Shown here: piece by piece, positions 31,786-40,906 of the stretch
Numbering within the stretch: position 1 is the stretch's first letter
Layout of the letters: the number at the start of each line of letters is the position of its first letter
Source: Bacteroidota bacterium
GTDB lineage: Bacteria; Bacteroidota; Ignavibacteria; UBA10030
Length of the DNA: 64,000 nucleotides
Direction of reading: 5' to 3'
Assembly: GCA_041695045.1 (NCBI GenBank)
Contig: JBGFRR010000128.1
Location: forward strand, 16,004-80,003
Position numbers and translations under genes: made by a program
The notes under the pieces: model-generated
Seen by the model: the letters and a program-made list of their open reading frames with translations, nothing else
What the model was told of the DNA's origin: nothing
Database searches by the model: none

Positions 31786-32607
31786 ATGAGCTACATTCAG
31801 AAAGCTTTGTACCGTTTGATGCTCACCTTGACACTATCGCCCTCTAATCAGTTGTGGGCACAGGATACATTGTCTATATTCCCCTCTGCAAGGGAGATAA
31901 CTGTTTCGGTTACCGGAGTTGTGGTCAAGATGGGGCAAGAATTTCAATACTCCTATCGTGTACAAAATCATGAAGAGAGTAAGCAAAACATATTTGAGTT
32001 ATACATCCAGCATGATTCGGATGTCTACGATATCTTTGCACCGGATGGTTGGGAGGGGCTTCCGTCAAATGTTGTTAGGAGGGTTGTGATGTGGGGTTCT
32101 AATGACTCAACTTATGACATTTCACCCAAGGGTCAGTTAGGGCGGTTCGCTTTCAAAAGTCTGGGCCTTCCATCGCTTGTACTGTTCTTTGCGCGTGGTG
32201 CCTTCACGATTCCTGTGTTTCCTGAAGGCGAAGCACCGGATTCAATCGCGGGCAGCGACATCTTCGAAAACAGCGCGATTGGGAAAACGATTGGTCCCGT
32301 GCCTCCCCCCTCTCCATTCATCCCCCTCGCCTTCCTCGACACCCTCATCAGCTACACACGCCAAGCTTTTGCCCTGGGCTGGATCAAAAACCGGGACATC
32401 GTGCAAGACTTGAATGCCGAGTTAAACGACGCAAAGCGACAGCTCCGACGCAACAACAAAACAGAGGCAAAGGAAATACTCCGAGACTTTATCGACGAAG
32501 TCAAAGACTTATGGGAAGAAGAAGAGGACCAACGCCGCAAACCACTCACCAGCGAGGCCTATGCGCTGCTCAAGTTTAATGCGGAGTATCTGATCTCGAA
32601 ATTATGA
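31786..32607 (+). CDS. hypothetical secreted protein; acidic coiled-coil-like C-terminus
   Basis: Signal-peptide-like N-terminus MSYIQKALYRLMLTLTLSPSNQLWAQ. No recognisable catalytic motif. Begins 15 nt after the upstream gene's stop. Confidence 0.35.
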   Translation: MSYIQKALYRLMLTLTLSPSNQLWAQDTLSIFPSAREITVSVTGVVVKMGQEFQYSYRVQNHEESKQNIFELYIQHDSDVYDIFAPDGWEGLPSNVVRRVVMWGSNDSTYDISPKGQLGRFAFKSLGLPSLVLFFARGAFTIPVFPEGEAPDSIAGSDIFENSAIGKTIGPVPPPSPFIPLAFLDTLISYTRQAFALGWIKNRDIVQDLNAELNDAKRQLRRNNKTEAKEILRDFIDEVKDLWEEEEDQRRKPLTSEAYALLKFNAEYLISKL

Positions 32608-32675
32608 TGAAGCGCGGGGGAAGAGTGTAGAAGATAGAAGTCAGGAAAACGAATAAAGAAACACGGAGACAGAAG

Positions 32676-33314
32676 ATGAAAACAATCTGCGTTCAATCGA
32701 TTCTTTCATTACTCATTGTTCATTGTGCCTTGTCTCAGCACATCATTCCCTTTGCCTCAGCAGGCAACAGCATCGAGCTTACCATAGCCAACAGTTCAGG
32801 CGCCAATGCCGTGGAGATAGCAGTGAGCGTGCAGAACATTCCCTCATGGCTGGACTTTGCAAGCAAGGAACAAACGATTCGCTCTCTTGTTGCGGGAGAG
32901 GAACAGCTTGCGATGTTCGTGTTTGCGGTCGATAAGTCCGCGCCCATCGGCGAGGAACATCGCCTGCAATTCCGGATCAATACACAAGATGGCCAAACCT
33001 GGTCAAAAGAGATTTCCATCGTTGTCGCAGCACCGGAGACGTTTGAGCTGTTCCAGAACTATCCTAATCCCTTTAATCCTACCACAATGCTCTCCTATCA
33101 ATTGCCTGTGCCTGGAAAAGTGACGTTGAAGGTATTCAACCTGCTGGGACAAGAGGTTGCCACGCTGGTCGATGAGGAGGAACAAAGAGCGGGCTCTCAT
33201 CAGAGCGCATGGTATGCGGCGTATGCTGCAAGTGGTGTGTATGTGGCTCAGCTTGTTGTGGCAACGGTGGATGGCAATCATTCGATGCGACGGGCAATGG
33301 TTCTGGTAAAATAG
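32676..33314 (+). CDS. small secreted protein with a T9SS C-terminal sorting domain
   Basis: Signal peptide. C-terminal FELFQNYPNPFNPTTMLSYQLPVPGKVTLKVFNLLGQEVATLVDEE...SGVYVAQL is a canonical T9SS C-terminal domain. Confidence 0.55.
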   Translation: MKTICVQSILSLLIVHCALSQHIIPFASAGNSIELTIANSSGANAVEIAVSVQNIPSWLDFASKEQTIRSLVAGEEQLAMFVFAVDKSAPIGEEHRLQFRINTQDGQTWSKEISIVVAAPETFELFQNYPNPFNPTTMLSYQLPVPGKVTLKVFNLLGQEVATLVDEEEQRAGSHQSAWYAAYAASGVYVAQLVVATVDGNHSMRRAMVLVK

Positions 33315-33409
33315 CGGAGGAATGTTTATATTACAGTGTCCGCTGCATTCTTATTTGAGCGGCGCTTCGTCCTATAGGGATGGTAGAACAAGTGCAAGGA
33401 AGCCCAATC

Positions 33410-34552
33410 ATGAGAGTCGCCTATTTCAATGCAAACCTTCGTGTCGGACAGGATGGTGTGACACGGGTGATGTACAAGATGTTTGAAGGAGCAAAAGCTC
33501 GCGGCGTCGACGCCATGGCGTTTACCTCAACTCTTCCTGAACACCATCACGAAATCATCCCGATGGTCGGCGTGCCGTCGATCGCCTTACCGCTCCAGAA
33601 GGCCTATCGTCTTGCGTTGCCAGGCTCTCAGGCGTTTGTTAAGCGACTTGCGGAGTTTCGGCCTGACATTATTCACCTGAACAGCCCGTGCACGCTTGGC
33701 TTTGCAGCTATGAAGTACGCCCGTGAGTTCGGTGTGCCTGCTGTCGCCACGTACCACACGCATTTCCCATCGTATCCACGCTACTACAAGCTGAAAGGGT
33801 TTGAAAATCTTGTGTGGAGGCTCTCGCGCCGTTTCTATAATAATCTTGACCGCACGTTCGTCCCAACGATGCCGATTCTTCGTGAGCTGGAAACACATGC
33901 AATCCGGAATCTTCAGTATCTCCCGAACGGCGTCGACCTTTCGTTGTTCCATCCACGTCGAAAGTCAGAATCGTGGAGAAAACGCTTCGGACCGCGCAAC
34001 AAGCCTGTTGTCCTCTTTGTGAGCAGGTTGGTGTGGGAGAAGGATCTGCGCGTGCTCGCCGAAGCGTACGCGATTCTCCGCTCCCGTCATCTCGATTTCG
34101 AGATGGTGGTTGTTGGCGACGGACATGCACGGGTAGAGTTCGAGAAGATGATGCCCGGCGCCCACTTTCTCGGTTATCAGAGTGGAAGCGCCCTTGCCGA
34201 ATGTTATGCCTCGTCCGATGTTTTCGTCTTTCCATCGACGACAGAGACGTTTGGTCTTGTGACTCTGGAAGCGATGGCATCAGGTACCGTTCCGGTGGCA
34301 GCGAATGTTGGGGGTGCGTCGGGAATCATCGAGGATGGTATGTCCGGGTTGCTCGCTCAACCTCACAGCGGGTCGGATCTCGCCCGCAAGGTAGAATGGT
34401 TGCTCGACAATGACATAGAGCGATGGCGCATGTCGCAGCAAGCGGTTGAACGGGCGCGGCAATTCGGTTGGGATGCTATCATGGACCGACTCTTCACCAG
34501 TTACGGAGAAGTGATTGACCAGCACGAGCGCCGTCGCCGTTCGGCAGCATAG
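33410..34552 (+). CDS. glycosyltransferase family 4 (GT-B fold)
   Basis: C-terminal ...VFVFPSTTETFGLVTLEAMASGTVPVAANVGGASGIIEDGMSGLL (EX7E-like GT4 motif). ATG at 33410 within listed ORF 33380. Confidence 0.75.
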   Translation: MRVAYFNANLRVGQDGVTRVMYKMFEGAKARGVDAMAFTSTLPEHHHEIIPMVGVPSIALPLQKAYRLALPGSQAFVKRLAEFRPDIIHLNSPCTLGFAAMKYAREFGVPAVATYHTHFPSYPRYYKLKGFENLVWRLSRRFYNNLDRTFVPTMPILRELETHAIRNLQYLPNGVDLSLFHPRRKSESWRKRFGPRNKPVVLFVSRLVWEKDLRVLAEAYAILRSRHLDFEMVVVGDGHARVEFEKMMPGAHFLGYQSGSALAECYASSDVFVFPSTTETFGLVTLEAMASGTVPVAANVGGASGIIEDGMSGLLAQPHSGSDLARKVEWLLDNDIERWRMSQQAVERARQFGWDAIMDRLFTSYGEVIDQHERRRRSAA

Positions 34553-34749
34553 TGCCGTACGGCCAACGGGAGGGCCGCAGAGACAGTCGTTCCCGGGAAT
34601 CATGACATTTTCGGCGGTCCCCATCGTGCTATCGATGTCCTGAGCTTCCCACGGCACATCCATCTTCCGTTCCAATCTCCGGTCTCACCGGAAAACCGTC
34701 CCCTCCGATATCACTTTCCGGCGCGCCGTCTCTCTCCTGCCAGCGTTGT

Positions 34750-37158
34750 CTAAGGATTGATTTCCAACAAGAGCATGGTAGCCTGTGGCGAAAGGCTGAG
34801 GCGAGTAGTGCTCGTGGCGTGTGTACAGCGCAGAAGATGGGTAGGGGAGGAGGGAAGAACCCGCTTCACCCCAAAGGGGAGAAAGACTTCGATGCTCGAA
34901 GGCGCACGGTTTGCTGGGAAGGTGTTGTTGAACGCTAGGATACATCGGTGGCGAGATTCGAAGGACACGTCGCAATTGACCCGTCCGAACGCCGTAGGGG
35001 CATTGTGGATGCGAAGAGGAAGCGATTGCTTGAGGAACGGACCGGCGCCGCGGAAAATTTCGAGGGAAGTCGGCGTTTCACGAAGAAGACAGTCGCGCAG
35101 AAACAGGATAACCTCCGCCGCTGCCCACCCATGATGCCCGTCTCCCATCGATCCTCCCCCTGTCCGGGGATGGATTGCCTCGGGGAAGGAGAATGTCGGC
35201 GACGCTTGGGCAAAGACGTTGCGGGCGACCTTCCACGCTTTCTCCGGTTCTCCGATCTGCAGAAAACTGTGTGCGAGCTGCAGCGTGAGGTACGGGTTGT
35301 AGCCGGAGTGAATGATGGGATGGAAGAACCCACGCTCATCGACGAATCGTTTGTACACTTCGTGAACGGTTTCAACCGCACCGGGAAGGGGAACGTCTTC
35401 GATCGCCAGCGGGTAGACCGCACACAACGAGCCGATAGCGGACTCATCGAATGCTCGGGTCGGCGAAGCTGGGATGAGACGCCTTCCGAGTCGTTGGTGG
35501 ACGACCTCGAGTGATTGTAGGATGTCATGGGAAAACAGGCGACACTCTATGATAAAGGCGTCGGCGTCCTTCTGCTGCCCCGCTTCGTGCGCGAGAGCTG
35601 CCAGCGCACGAAGGCCGGCAAGCGACCAGAACGAATCCCAGTAATAGTGGTCGACGGTGCCAAGATGCTCTGCGCTCAGGCTTTTCGGCATCAGTCCTTT
35701 CATCGTTGTTGCCGCTGTTGAAGACGAGCGGCGCATTCGTTGGATCCATGTCCCGGCGCGCTTGAGAACCGGATACAATTGCTTGAGCCAGAGCGTTGAC
35801 CTCGCGATACGGTAGTGTTGGTGGACCATCCAGAGCACGGCCCCGTTCGAATCCCATTCGCCGTTGGGTCCTCGGAAGAATCCATCCTGGGTGAGCCGCT
35901 GTGGAAAGGAATTCATTACTCCACGCACTCGGTCGTGCAATCCCAGAACATCCAGAGCACGAAGCATCGGGACGGCGTCGCGGAACCAGAAATGGTGATA
36001 CAGGAACGGGCCCGGTGTGATGGTGTCTGCATCCTGAAGCTGAAGCAGCGTGAGTGCACTCGCGTCGAAGAGATGCTGGAGTGCTTGATCGCCGAAGTGC
36101 ATGTGTGCGCGGTGTACTTGTTCCCGTCGCCACACGTCCTTGTGCTCTTTCTTTCGGTGTTCGTAGGTCACGCGCCACGATTGTTTCACCGGCACGCGTT
36201 TCAGTACCCGCTCGCTCGCGAGCGCGATGCTGCCATGGATCGTCCCTCGGCCACCGGCGGGAAGCTCGAATCGATATCCCGCGACTGCATTGGCGAAACC
36301 TGCCTCGCACTGTATTGAAGAGGAGTGAGTTCTTGGTGACTGGACTTTCCCCATGTTCCGTGCAAACGTTGCAGTGTCTCCTTCCACCCCGCTGCCGAGC
36401 CGATGCCAGTGGGGGTCTTCTGCCAACACCACGCCCACAGCTCCATCCACGGCGATGACACGGGGGGAGGGAAATTTGATCTGCTCGATCGGCGCAACTC
36501 CTTCTGGATTGAATGGTCGAACAGCGAGACAGAGGTCGGCCCGTTGCTGGAAGAGCGAGGTGTTTTCAACTGATGCTTCGAAGAATACGACATCGGTGCT
36601 GCTGCGCGAAGCAAGAACAAAAGCTTCGAGTCTCAGAACAAAGTCTCGCCACCGAAGCGAGGTGGTCAGTCGAGGTGCAACCGGGTCGAGCCGCTGGTCT
36701 GCATGGGAAGCGAGAGACGGAAACAACACATCGTCATTGGCAACAAGCCAGGTATCGATCGACCATTCACGCGGAAGGGGCGTGAGAAGTCCTCTTGGAT
36801 CAACAATAGCTTCGTGTGTCCCGTGAGGAGTTCCGAGGGCTGTCCAGTTTCGATGAGTAATGTTCATCATGAGCGGGTTCTGAGATCGCGCGACAAAGGA
36901 TGAGCTGGAAGGGTCGAGCTGGCGGTGTACCCAGAATGGGAACACCCACTCCCGTTTCATCTGAAAGATGCCGTAATTCAGAAGCCCGCGCGTAATGACC
37001 GGAGCACTCAGTTGGAATAATTCTTTTGGAAAACCACGACCGTTGACATCACAAAGGCTGCTGGCAAGCTGGAACTGTCTGCGAGCCGACGCTGGGATAT
37101 CGAGTTGTCGGAAGACCTGGTCGAGAAGGATGGAGTTGATCGTCACGCCCATAAGCAC
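34750..37158 (-). CDS. large glycoside-hydrolase-like protein, (alpha/alpha)6-barrel type (GH15/GH63/debranching-enzyme-like)
   Basis: 802 aa. LYHHFWFRDAVPMLRALDVLGL and NGEWDSNGAVLWMVHQHY resemble the WxRD / six-hairpin glycosidase catalytic region. Last gene of the minus-strand hut array, 23 nt after the cyclodeaminase. Confidence 0.45.
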   Translation of the reverse strand: MLMGVTINSILLDQVFRQLDIPASARRQFQLASSLCDVNGRGFPKELFQLSAPVITRGLLNYGIFQMKREWVFPFWVHRQLDPSSSSFVARSQNPLMMNITHRNWTALGTPHGTHEAIVDPRGLLTPLPREWSIDTWLVANDDVLFPSLASHADQRLDPVAPRLTTSLRWRDFVLRLEAFVLASRSSTDVVFFEASVENTSLFQQRADLCLAVRPFNPEGVAPIEQIKFPSPRVIAVDGAVGVVLAEDPHWHRLGSGVEGDTATFARNMGKVQSPRTHSSSIQCEAGFANAVAGYRFELPAGGRGTIHGSIALASERVLKRVPVKQSWRVTYEHRKKEHKDVWRREQVHRAHMHFGDQALQHLFDASALTLLQLQDADTITPGPFLYHHFWFRDAVPMLRALDVLGLHDRVRGVMNSFPQRLTQDGFFRGPNGEWDSNGAVLWMVHQHYRIARSTLWLKQLYPVLKRAGTWIQRMRRSSSTAATTMKGLMPKSLSAEHLGTVDHYYWDSFWSLAGLRALAALAHEAGQQKDADAFIIECRLFSHDILQSLEVVHQRLGRRLIPASPTRAFDESAIGSLCAVYPLAIEDVPLPGAVETVHEVYKRFVDERGFFHPIIHSGYNPYLTLQLAHSFLQIGEPEKAWKVARNVFAQASPTFSFPEAIHPRTGGGSMGDGHHGWAAAEVILFLRDCLLRETPTSLEIFRGAGPFLKQSLPLRIHNAPTAFGRVNCDVSFESRHRCILAFNNTFPANRAPSSIEVFLPFGVKRVLPSSPTHLLRCTHATSTTRLSLSPQATMLLLEINP

Positions 37159-37181
37159 GAGAGTTCATTCTGTCGAACGGC

Positions 37182-37808
37182 TTACTGCATTGCTGCCTGC
37201 ACGTGGGCCAACACCTCTTTGATGGAGCGCTCCCATTGCTCCAGAATGCGGTTGGTGCTGGCGGACGTTTGCTCGACGAAAGCCTCGTCTTTCAGTGTCG
37301 CGAGGTTGATGCGCACGTTCAACGCCGCGCCAATACACGCAGCATGCAACATCGCTGCCGCAACGCCGGCGTCGGAGATTGAGTTGACATTCCCTTTCTT
37401 TGCCACGATCGTCGCGAGCGGCATCGCACGCTCGCAGAGTTGCATGACCCGCAGCGGAACCGTGGCCGCGGCTTTCGTGGCTTCCTGGATTGCAACGCTG
37501 CGCGCGAGCTGCTCCTGGTCGGTATTCTTGGGAAGCGAGAATGCCGTCATCACGCCGTTGAATGCCGTCGTGTCCTCATCAATCAGTACGGTAAACTCGG
37601 TTCGCAACTCCTCGGCTTCCTTCAACACGGCCTCCATTTCCTCCTGAACCTCCGTGTACGTTTTCTTCCCGATCGTCAACCGACACACCATCGCGGTCAG
37701 CGCGGCTCCCAACGCGCCGGCCAGCGCAGCAGCGCTTCCGCCTCCGGGCGCGGCAGAGTTCGAAGCGACTTCGGTCAAGAATCCTTCAATGGTCTTGTCA
37801 ACTAACAT
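37182..37808 (-). CDS. formimidoyltetrahydrofolate cyclodeaminase (FTCD C-terminal-domain homologue)
   Basis: All-helical protein. AAPGGGSAAALAGALGAALTAMVCRLTIGKK is the conserved cyclodeaminase glycine-rich motif. Start at the second Met of the listed ORF (MLVDKTIEGFL). Confidence 0.7.
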   Translation of the reverse strand: MLVDKTIEGFLTEVASNSAAPGGGSAAALAGALGAALTAMVCRLTIGKKTYTEVQEEMEAVLKEAEELRTEFTVLIDEDTTAFNGVMTAFSLPKNTDQEQLARSVAIQEATKAAATVPLRVMQLCERAMPLATIVAKKGNVNSISDAGVAAAMLHAACIGAALNVRINLATLKDEAFVEQTSASTNRILEQWERSIKEVLAHVQAAMQ

Positions 37809-37955
37809 ACGACCTCCAGGGTTGAAGAAGAGAACAAACTTACCACCAAGTCCCGAAGACACGAAGAGAACTGTAGCAATTCCAGAAGAATGCTTCGTGC
37901 AACCTCTGTCTTTGTTCCCTTTGACGGTGAAAGAAACGAGTTTTTCAATACGCTC

Positions 37956-38990
37956 CTAAATCATATACTCGATCACTTTCTTCTTCGGATCGAACGGCTC
38001 AAGTTGGCTGAGTCCAAGCCCATCCATGGCAAGGGTCAGAAGCTCTTTCTCGGAAAGCGAGGTTGTTGTCCCTTTTTTCTCAGCATAAAACTTGCCGGCC
38101 ATGAGGAGCGCTTGCAGCGGTGTAAGACCGACAATCTCGCTGCCGGTTGCGTCGATGCCGAGCGAGCGGGCCTGCTTCTTGACTTCTTCAAATGCGACGT
38201 GGGGCGGTGTGATGTTGAAGTCAACAAGGTTGACCGAAACCTGTGCGATGTTGAATCGCTCCAACAGCACGCCGATGGCCTTCACCGCTTTCAGTGTTCC
38301 GGGAATCTTGACGGTGTTGCCGCGCTCATCCTTTACGGGATTTCCCGCTTCGTCTTTTTGGGGTCGCCCGCTTTCGCGAATCCGCAGGGCAATCTCTTGG
38401 GCCAGCGATGAGTCCGGTGTGTTGAGGTTCACATTGTAAGCGATGAGAAATGTGCGGGCACCGGTAACGGTCGAGCCGGACTTCGCATTGAACTCGGCAG
38501 GACCACAATCGGGTTTCCAGCGTGGATCGCTGAGCTTCTCCGGCAATCCTTCGTATTCACCTTTGCGAATGTTGGCGAGGTTCTTTCGTTCCGGCGTCGT
38601 TGCCGCCGCTTCATAGAGGTAAATGGGGATGCGCAACTCAGAAGCAACGCGCTCGCCAAACTTCCGTGCCAACTGCACACAATCCTCCATCGTCACGCCG
38701 GCGATGGGAACGAAGGGCACAACGTCTGTCGCACCGATCCGCGGGTGCTCGCCTTTGTGTTGCCGCATGTCGATCAGCTCAGAAGCGGTTTGGGTCGCTC
38801 GAAACGCCGCCTCCACAACTGCATCCGGCTCGCCAACGAAGGTCACGACGGTGCGGTTGTAGTCTTTGTCCGGCTCAACATTTAACAGTTTCACGCCGGA
38901 GACCGCGCCGATGCTTGCAGCAATTGCATCGATAATGCTCTGATTCCTTCCTTCACTGAAGTTTGGGACGCATTCAACGATTCGTTGCAT
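37956..38990 (-). CDS. glutamate formimidoyltransferase (FTCD N-terminal-domain homologue)
   Basis: MQRIVECVPNFSEGRNQSIIDAIAASI...EHPRIGATDVVPFVP is the formiminotransferase N-subdomain signature. Start placed at that Met. The listed ORF to 39143 overlaps the upstream gene. Confidence 0.75.
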   Translation of the reverse strand: MQRIVECVPNFSEGRNQSIIDAIAASIGAVSGVKLLNVEPDKDYNRTVVTFVGEPDAVVEAAFRATQTASELIDMRQHKGEHPRIGATDVVPFVPIAGVTMEDCVQLARKFGERVASELRIPIYLYEAAATTPERKNLANIRKGEYEGLPEKLSDPRWKPDCGPAEFNAKSGSTVTGARTFLIAYNVNLNTPDSSLAQEIALRIRESGRPQKDEAGNPVKDERGNTVKIPGTLKAVKAIGVLLERFNIAQVSVNLVDFNITPPHVAFEEVKKQARSLGIDATGSEIVGLTPLQALLMAGKFYAEKKGTTTSLSEKELLTLAMDGLGLSQLEPFDPKKKVIEYMI

Positions 38991-39672
38991 CGTTCTGTAT
39001 GTTTGTCTTGGTGTTCGTAGGGACAGACCGGACGGCTTGCTGAAGCCGGTCGGGCCTAACGGAAGTCTTCGGAATGATGATGGCACCCTGCCTGAAATTT
39101 CCCAACACTTCCGCCTTGCCACGCAAGAACAACCGACCCACAAGCGCGCCGGTGACGGCGTCTAACTCGTCGCCGTTCATCGATGGCTTCAGTCCTTTGA
39201 GGCCCAAACGCTCGAGGCCGTGGCGAAGCCGACCGAGGCCGTCTTGTTTTCGTGCAATGTGCCAAACATCCTGCGCTGCGCCGGGATACATTTCGATGAC
39301 ACGATAGCCCCTCCGACTCAGACGCTTCCGCAGTGCAATACCGCGCACAGTCAGCGAGCGCATGGGGCCCAGCGTGATGGGGAAGAAGCGAATGCCACGC
39401 TCGAACAAGGCGCGGTCACACGGCCGGAAGTGCTCGCCATTGCGGTCGTCAATTGACCTTCGGCCCGGCGGCAAGTGAAGCGGTGCATCGATGGCTACAA
39501 TGTTCGGCGAGTGGCGCGTGATGAAGCTGAGAATCTCTTCATCCGACCTCAGCGTGGCGTACTCGGCGACCGTCATTCCCCGCAGTGCACAGATGCCGGT
39601 GTTGCGTCGCGGGCTGCCGGCGAGGTCGATGCCGACAACGACCGTCGCGTGCCGTTCAGCCTTAGAACTCAA
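38974..39672 (-). CDS. DUF429-like protein (predicted RNase-H-fold)
   Basis: N-terminal VVVGIDLAGSPRRNTGICAL resembles the RuvC/YqgF-like GIDxG start of DUF429 proteins. Start overlaps the hutI stop by about 11 nt; stop overlaps the formiminotransferase start by about 17 nt. Confidence 0.4.
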   Translation of the reverse strand: MSSKAERHATVVVGIDLAGSPRRNTGICALRGMTVAEYATLRSDEEILSFITRHSPNIVAIDAPLHLPPGRRSIDDRNGEHFRPCDRALFERGIRFFPITLGPMRSLTVRGIALRKRLSRRGYRVIEMYPGAAQDVWHIARKQDGLGRLRHGLERLGLKGLKPSMNGDELDAVTGALVGRLFLRGKAEVLGNFRQGAIIIPKTSVRPDRLQQAVRSVPTNTKTNIQNDATNR

Positions 39673-40906
39673 GAATCACTCCCCCCTTGATCACCATCGC
39701 TACGTGATTCATGCCAAAGTGGTAGGCCAAGTAGCGATAATTGGGGATTCGATACAGGATCACATCGGCTTCCTTGCCGGCCTCGACGCTTCCAACACGA
39801 TTTTCCATCTTCAGCGCAGCGGCGGCGTTCAACGTGCATGCGGTCATTGCTTCTTCCGGTGTCATCTTCATCTGTGTGCAGGCGATGGTCATCATCAGCG
39901 GGATGGAGAATGACATGCACGAGCCGGGGTTGAAGTCCGTCGCCAGTGCGACGGGAACGCCGGCTTCGATGAGCTTCCGTGCCGGTGCATACCGATGATT
40001 GAGGAAAAACGAGACCCCCGGCAAGAGGAGAGCGACAACGCCGGCTTCTCTCAGCTTCGGGATCGTTTCCTCGCCGATGTGTTCAAGGTGGTCGGCGGAC
40101 ACGGCCCCGAGTTCTGCGGCAAGCTCAGAGCCGCCGGAGGGGGTCAGCTCTTCGGCGTGGAGCTTGAGCTCGAAGCCGAGTGAGCGTGCCTGCTGAAGGA
40201 TGCGTCTCGAATCGTTGACGGAAAAATAGCCTTGCTCACAGAAGACATCGCAGAATCGCGCAAGTTGGCGCTTGGCAATGTAAGGAAGCATTCTCTCGCA
40301 TACAAGGTCGATGTAGCGGGTTGGGTCGTTCTTGTGCTCGGGCGGGATCACGTGCGCGCCGAGGAACGTTGGTACGACCGTCATGAAATGGTCGTCGGCA
40401 AGCTCGTTGATGGCTTCGAGCATCTTGATTTCGGAGTCGGGGTCTAAGCCGTAGCCTGATTTGATCTCAACGGTCGTCGTTCCGTGCTGCAACATCGCAT
40501 CGAGTCGCCGCGATGCCAACTTCTTCAGCTCCTTTTTTGTCGCAGCGCGTGTTGCCCGAACGGTGGACATGATCCCTCCGCCCTGCTCGGCAATCGCTTG
40601 GTAACTCTTGCCCGCAGTTCGCAATGCAAACTCGTCGTCTCTGCTTCCCGCAAAGACGAGGTGTGTGTGGGCATCGACGAATCCGGGCAGTGCAACATAT
40701 TCTGCGGCATTCACTACGGTTGCGTTTTTATCGAGCGTCCGGTCAAACTCATCCGCCCGTCCCACCCACGCAATGGTCTTGCCCTCAATCAGCACACTCG
40801 CATCCTCAACAATGCCGAGGTCGGCCATGGCTTCGCCTGTCTTGAACCGCGCCCCGTTGGCGCGGACGGTCACAAGTTGCCGGATATGTTCAAGCAGCAG
40901 TTGCAT
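39662..40906 (-). CDS. hutI: imidazolonepropionase
   Basis: LPGFVDAHTHLVFAGSRDDEFALRTAG...SYQAIAEQGGGI amidohydrolase metal site. Start at Met25 of the listed ORF (MQLLLEHIRQLVT). Confidence 0.85.
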   Translation of the reverse strand: MQLLLEHIRQLVTVRANGARFKTGEAMADLGIVEDASVLIEGKTIAWVGRADEFDRTLDKNATVVNAAEYVALPGFVDAHTHLVFAGSRDDEFALRTAGKSYQAIAEQGGGIMSTVRATRAATKKELKKLASRRLDAMLQHGTTTVEIKSGYGLDPDSEIKMLEAINELADDHFMTVVPTFLGAHVIPPEHKNDPTRYIDLVCERMLPYIAKRQLARFCDVFCEQGYFSVNDSRRILQQARSLGFELKLHAEELTPSGGSELAAELGAVSADHLEHIGEETIPKLREAGVVALLLPGVSFFLNHRYAPARKLIEAGVPVALATDFNPGSCMSFSIPLMMTIACTQMKMTPEEAMTACTLNAAAALKMENRVGSVEAGKEADVILYRIPNYRYLAYHFGMNHVAMVIKGGVILEF

